Made by a program: the position numbers and the translations under genes
Notes under the pieces: model-generated
Seen by the model: the letters and a program-made list of their open reading frames with translations, nothing else
Databases searched by the model: none
What the model was told of the DNA's origin: nothing
In this document: positions 47,942-51,754 of the stretch, in pieces
Layout: each line of letters opens with the position of its first letter
Position numbering within the stretch: position 1 is the first letter of the stretch
Source: Bacteroidales bacterium
GTDB taxonomy: Bacteria; Bacteroidota; Bacteroidia; Bacteroidales; CAIWKO01
DNA: 51,754 bases
Reading direction: 5' to 3'
NCBI GenBank assembly: GCA_035389045.1
Contig: DAOORA010000027.1
Coordinates: 1 to 51,754, forward strand

Positions 47942-49424
47942 ATTTCGTAACATAATTAAGGGATGCGCCTTGCCATTAATACGCATACTTAGATACAAAT
48001 CGGTTGTTCCTGTTAAAATGCGGGATGGCTACATGCAAAACAAAAACCTTAAGTACAATAACAACCGTTTTTACGGCCCTAAAAAGTATTTCTGTTATGC
48101 CCCCTTTGGCAGCATGTTCATCAGCTACAACGGCAAAGTTTCCCCTTGTTATGCCTGTAAAGCCGAAGAAAATTTAAACAACAAAACGTTACAGGAAATA
48201 TGGACCGGTGCTGTTTTTACCGGTTTAAGAAAACATTTTCAAAACGGGGAAATACCTGATGCCTGTTCTTTTTGTAAAAACCATTTATTGCAGGGGAATT
48301 ACGGCAGCATATTAGCTAATAAATATGACCATTATTTACTGTCACCCACCGGTAAGCCCGTTATTGCAGAACTTGAGCTGTCAAACAAATGCCATTTAGA
48401 GTGTATCATGTGCTCGGGCAGCCTGTCATCTTCTATCCGGGAAAAAAGAGAAAAACTGCCGCCTGTTACGCGGATGCTGCCGGATGATTTTATGAGGCAA
48501 TTTACCCCCTTTCTTGAAGAATTAAAATCGCTGGAACTGACCGGAGGTGACCCGTTGCTTATTGATGACTATTACCAAATACTATCAATTGCTGAAAAAA
48601 TAAACCCGGAGCTGGATATTCTTATAACAACAAACGCCAATACTTTTACACAAAAAGTTAGGGAACTTCTTAATAAAAAACTACGTTTAAGCTTTAATGT
48701 ATCCCTTGATTCCTTAAATGAAGAAACCTATGCTCAGATACGCCGTAACGGATCGTTGCAAAAAGCAATCGAAAATATTGACAGGTTTGCAGAATATGTG
48801 AATGAGCATAACACATCGCTGGGTTTTCTGGTTTGTCCATTGAAATATAATTGGAAAGAATTACCGCATTTTGTTGATTTTGCAAACAAATACAAAGCAA
48901 CATTAAGCTATCATGTGGTTTTTAAACCTGCAGAACACGCACTCTGGTCTTTTTCTTCTGAAATATTAAAAGAAATAGCATTATATCTGAAATCATTTAA
49001 ATTCAGCAGTTATGATTTTAACAGCCGGATTAATGTCAGGAGTTATAAGGCATTGGTAACCCTTATTGAAACGTGGCAATTAAAGGCATCGGCAAGAGAA
49101 CAAAAACAACAGCAGCTTCACAATGAAATGATGAAAAGCATTGATCTTGCGAAAAAGAAAGTGAAAGAAAACCTTAATGACGACCTGATGTTTGATACTT
49201 TAGAAAAAGCCATAAAAAACATGAAAGTGTTAGAATATGCAGGTTTAGTGTATATTGAACTTGCAAAAAAAACCAAACAAGAAATTACTAATGGTATTAA
49301 AACTTTTTCGCCTCTGGAATTAGAACGAAAAATGCAGCAATACCATTCTGATGTGCATGCCGGCTTTTTATACCAGGTGAATTTGAGTGATAACGACAAA
49401 TACATGAATAATTTAGCTGAGTGA
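47925..49424 (+). CDS. Radical SAM protein with N-terminal twitch/SPASM-like domain
   Basis: CYAPF...PCYAC...CSFC then CHLECIMC, TGGDP, TTNAN. True start may be ATG 47934. Confidence 0.88.
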   Translation: MMLMNKFRNIIKGCALPLIRILRYKSVVPVKMRDGYMQNKNLKYNNNRFYGPKKYFCYAPFGSMFISYNGKVSPCYACKAEENLNNKTLQEIWTGAVFTGLRKHFQNGEIPDACSFCKNHLLQGNYGSILANKYDHYLLSPTGKPVIAELELSNKCHLECIMCSGSLSSSIREKREKLPPVTRMLPDDFMRQFTPFLEELKSLELTGGDPLLIDDYYQILSIAEKINPELDILITTNANTFTQKVRELLNKKLRLSFNVSLDSLNEETYAQIRRNGSLQKAIENIDRFAEYVNEHNTSLGFLVCPLKYNWKELPHFVDFANKYKATLSYHVVFKPAEHALWSFSSEILKEIALYLKSFKFSSYDFNSRINVRSYKALVTLIETWQLKASAREQKQQQLHNEMMKSIDLAKKKVKENLNDDLMFDTLEKAIKNMKVLEYAGLVYIELAKKTKQEITNGIKTFSPLELERKMQQYHSDVHAGFLYQVNLSDNDKYMNNLAE

Positions 49425-50629
49425 TGAGCAAACAAAACGCTTATGTTTTTATAGTTTGCGGCGACAACGATTTTATCAGTACGCTGAACTTATCTTTGCA
49501 TGCCTTAAAGAAATTTTCAAAAAACAAAATTATCGTAGTCACCGATCTATCCAGAAACGCATCGGAAATAGAACATGATACTATTATTGACGTAAAAACA
49601 AATTCTTCATACAGCCATCATCAGGCAGCCATTTTTCTTAAAACTTCTATCCATAGATATTTGGATATGGATAATTTCCGGTATTGCTATCTGGATAACG
49701 ACATTTTGGCGATTAGCAGTGATGTTGACGGCGTTTTTGAACAAGCATTTGAAATTATTGGCTTTTGCCCTGATAATATAACATTTGACTATTTCAGCCC
49801 TTATGCTGTCCATTGTGAATGCATCGAAAAAGCGGCCGGACACCGGAATGTGCTGAATAATGCTATTCAGGAGTATTCAGAAATCCATGAAAAATGGGAA
49901 TCTGTATGTAACAGCCCTGATGGCAGAAAACTTGAACAAAAACTGAATATTGTAGAAAGAAAAAAATTCAAACATTGGGCTTCTTTAGTAAAATATGTTT
50001 TTCAAAAATATAATCCCTTTACAAAAAATATTTTTCTTTTTGATTGTAACCAGGAAAAACAAAGCGGGAAGTGGTTCAATAAGCAAGGAGAATTAATATT
50101 GTACCCCATAAAAAAGTACAAGGATTTTGTAGAAAATAAAACGGGATTTCGATATAACCATATCGAAAAATGCTGGACTTTACCCGGCGGCACCTTTGAT
50201 GTTACCAAACCCCGGTGCCGCCATCTGCATGATGAAATAAAAAAACAATTTAATATAGAAATAACTCCCGAAAACTGGCAGCACCCCAACGGAGGATTAT
50301 TCTTATTTGATAAAAACTCTGTTTGTTTCCTGGAAAGGTGGCATGAATTATCACTAAAGATATTTACTTTCAAGGAATGGAAAGTCAGGGACCAGGGATC
50401 GCTTGCAGTGACGTTCTGGGAATATGATCTGCATCGTCAGAAATTAATTCCCGAAACATTTAATTATATTCTTGATTATAATTGTGAAAAAACCGCCTAT
50501 CATCCTGAAATGGGCTATACAAAAAATAATTTCCAATCATATTGTTGGCCAAAATTCGTTCACATATTTCATCACTTCGGTGATAAAGACTGGCCACTCT
50601 GGAATGAAACAGAAAAATTTATCCGATAA
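49421..50629 (+). CDS. GT8-like / GT-A fold nucleotide-sugar transferase with a long internal insertion
   Basis: YLDND (DxD), PNGGLFLF, RDQGSL, FVHIFH motifs; ~150 aa insertion between the DxD and NxG motifs. Confidence 0.6.
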   Translation: MMSKQNAYVFIVCGDNDFISTLNLSLHALKKFSKNKIIVVTDLSRNASEIEHDTIIDVKTNSSYSHHQAAIFLKTSIHRYLDMDNFRYCYLDNDILAISSDVDGVFEQAFEIIGFCPDNITFDYFSPYAVHCECIEKAAGHRNVLNNAIQEYSEIHEKWESVCNSPDGRKLEQKLNIVERKKFKHWASLVKYVFQKYNPFTKNIFLFDCNQEKQSGKWFNKQGELILYPIKKYKDFVENKTGFRYNHIEKCWTLPGGTFDVTKPRCRHLHDEIKKQFNIEITPENWQHPNGGLFLFDKNSVCFLERWHELSLKIFTFKEWKVRDQGSLAVTFWEYDLHRQKLIPETFNYILDYNCEKTAYHPEMGYTKNNFQSYCWPKFVHIFHHFGDKDWPLWNETEKFIR

Positions 50630-50698
50630 AAGGATATACTTATATTTGGCGGGCTTTGGTGAAATTTGTATCCGAAGTGATTAAATAAAATTCTATGT

Positions 50699-51655
50699 TT
50701 AGGCATATCCATATCGATCATACCAGGTAAGGAATTTTCCAATTCCCGTATTTATATCAATACCTGGATGAAAACCCAGTAACCGGCGTGCTTTTGATAT
50801 ATCAGCCCAGGTCATTTCAGATTCACCCTTAACTTTTTCAAGAAAATTAAGTGTAATTTTTTGGCCGGATTTTTCTTCAAATAATTTAATAATATCAATC
50901 AAAGAAACCGGATTCCCATAACCAAGGTTAAAAATATCAAATAGATTTCCATCATAAGATAAGGCTTTTATCACTCCGTCAACAATATCGTCAATATAAG
51001 TAAAATCGCGCAATGCATCACCATTTCCCAATATCTGCAAAGGCTTGTTGTTCAATAGACTTTGGGCAATTTTTGTCATGATAAGATCCGGCCGCAAACG
51101 GGGTCCGTAAACAGAAAACAACCTTAAAGAAATGAAGCGTAAATCATATTTTTCTGAAAACTCTTTCCCGATCTGCTCTGAAATAAGTTTTGATTTTGCA
51201 TACGGGTTTAAGGGGTTGAGTTCTGTTTCATTCTCAATGAAAGGAACCCTTTTGATACTGCCATAGATACTTGACGAAGACGCGAAAATAAACCGCGGGA
51301 TATTCAATTTTACTGACAATTCAAGCGCCCTGGTTATACCCGTGATATTGTTTTCCTCATACCCTTCCGGATACAGTATCGAACTCCTCACTCCCGCTTT
51401 AGCAGCCAAATGTATTATGGCATTAATATCTGCAGGTAAAATTTTAAAAAGATCATGCAGACTACAAATATCTGATTCTATAAACCTGAAGTTCGGCTGA
51501 GACAGCGCATCCGAAATGTTTTTCTGTTTGATTTCCCTTGCATAAAAATCATCAAAATTATCAATGCCAATAACCTTAAAACCCAAATTGAGCAATTTGT
51601 CGGTAAGGTTACTTCCGATAAAACCCGCCGCACCGGTGATAAGGATGGTTTGCAT
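50699..51655 (-). CDS. NAD-dependent epimerase/dehydratase, UDP-glucuronate 4-epimerase-like
   Basis: ITGAAGFIG, HLAAKAGVR, ASSSSIYG, YAKSK, VYGPRLRPD, RDFTYIDD. Confidence 0.9.
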   Translation of the reverse strand: MQTILITGAAGFIGSNLTDKLLNLGFKVIGIDNFDDFYAREIKQKNISDALSQPNFRFIESDICSLHDLFKILPADINAIIHLAAKAGVRSSILYPEGYEENNITGITRALELSVKLNIPRFIFASSSSIYGSIKRVPFIENETELNPLNPYAKSKLISEQIGKEFSEKYDLRFISLRLFSVYGPRLRPDLIMTKIAQSLLNNKPLQILGNGDALRDFTYIDDIVDGVIKALSYDGNLFDIFNLGYGNPVSLIDIIKLFEEKSGQKITLNFLEKVKGESEMTWADISKARRLLGFHPGIDINTGIGKFLTWYDRYGYA

Positions 51656-51704
51656 ATAAATAAAGCATAAAAATAAGAAAATTATGCTACACGGTTTTTC
51701 TTTA

Positions 51705-51754
51705 GAAACTGTTTTGATTTTATGTTACATAAGATTTATGATGGATTTTTTAGC
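51705..51754. mobile_element. Truncated second copy of the 11214-11382 MITE-like element
   Basis: Starts after TTA with GAAACTGTTTTGAT; reverse complement matches 11333-11382 with one mismatch; cut by the window end. Confidence 0.7.

Noticed and set aside
6339..49424. RiPP (proteusin/ranthipeptide-type) cluster explaining the many radical SAMs
   Set aside because: No precursor, RRE, peptidase or peptidase-ABC transporter in the window, and the context is glycan/lipid. A distant precursor cannot be excluded.
871..50684. Numerous 60-160 aa ORFs nested in or antisense to long genes
   Set aside because: Shadow ORFs fully overlapping well-supported CDSs, with no motifs.

Overview
AT-rich bacterial DNA, most likely Bacteroidota. 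The assignment rests on TAnnTTTG -7 promoter motifs before several operon starts and A-rich, Shine-Dalgarno-poor leaders. Almost the whole window is one densely packed cell-envelope/biosynthetic locus of 37 supportable CDSs, 18 of which carry a radical SAM CxxxCxxC motif: 9 cobalamin(B12)-binding radical SAM proteins in several paralog groups, 7 with an N-terminal twitch/SPASM-like Cys domain (6 in tandem), one canonical C-terminal SPASM enzyme and one short radical SAM. They are interleaved with a Wzm/Wzt glycan ABC exporter, two asparagine-synthetase-like proteins (one lacking the glutaminase Cys), a UbiA-type prenyltransferase with a degenerate first motif, two GT-C-like membrane glycosyltransferases, an SGNH protein, a sugar aminotransferase, an acetyltransferase and an epimerase. 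Also present are only two soluble glycosyltransferases, a secreted transglutaminase-like protein and a dedicated type II FAS-like cassette (dehydratase, two KS, ACP, PPTase). No RiPP precursor was found. My best inference is an undescribed pathway for a heavily radical-tailored surface glycan or glycolipid. Intergenic gaps hold REP-like palindromes, three MITE-like elements (one with a second copy cut by the window end) and a ~400 bp highly structured element. All calls come from motif reading by eye; no database search was run.
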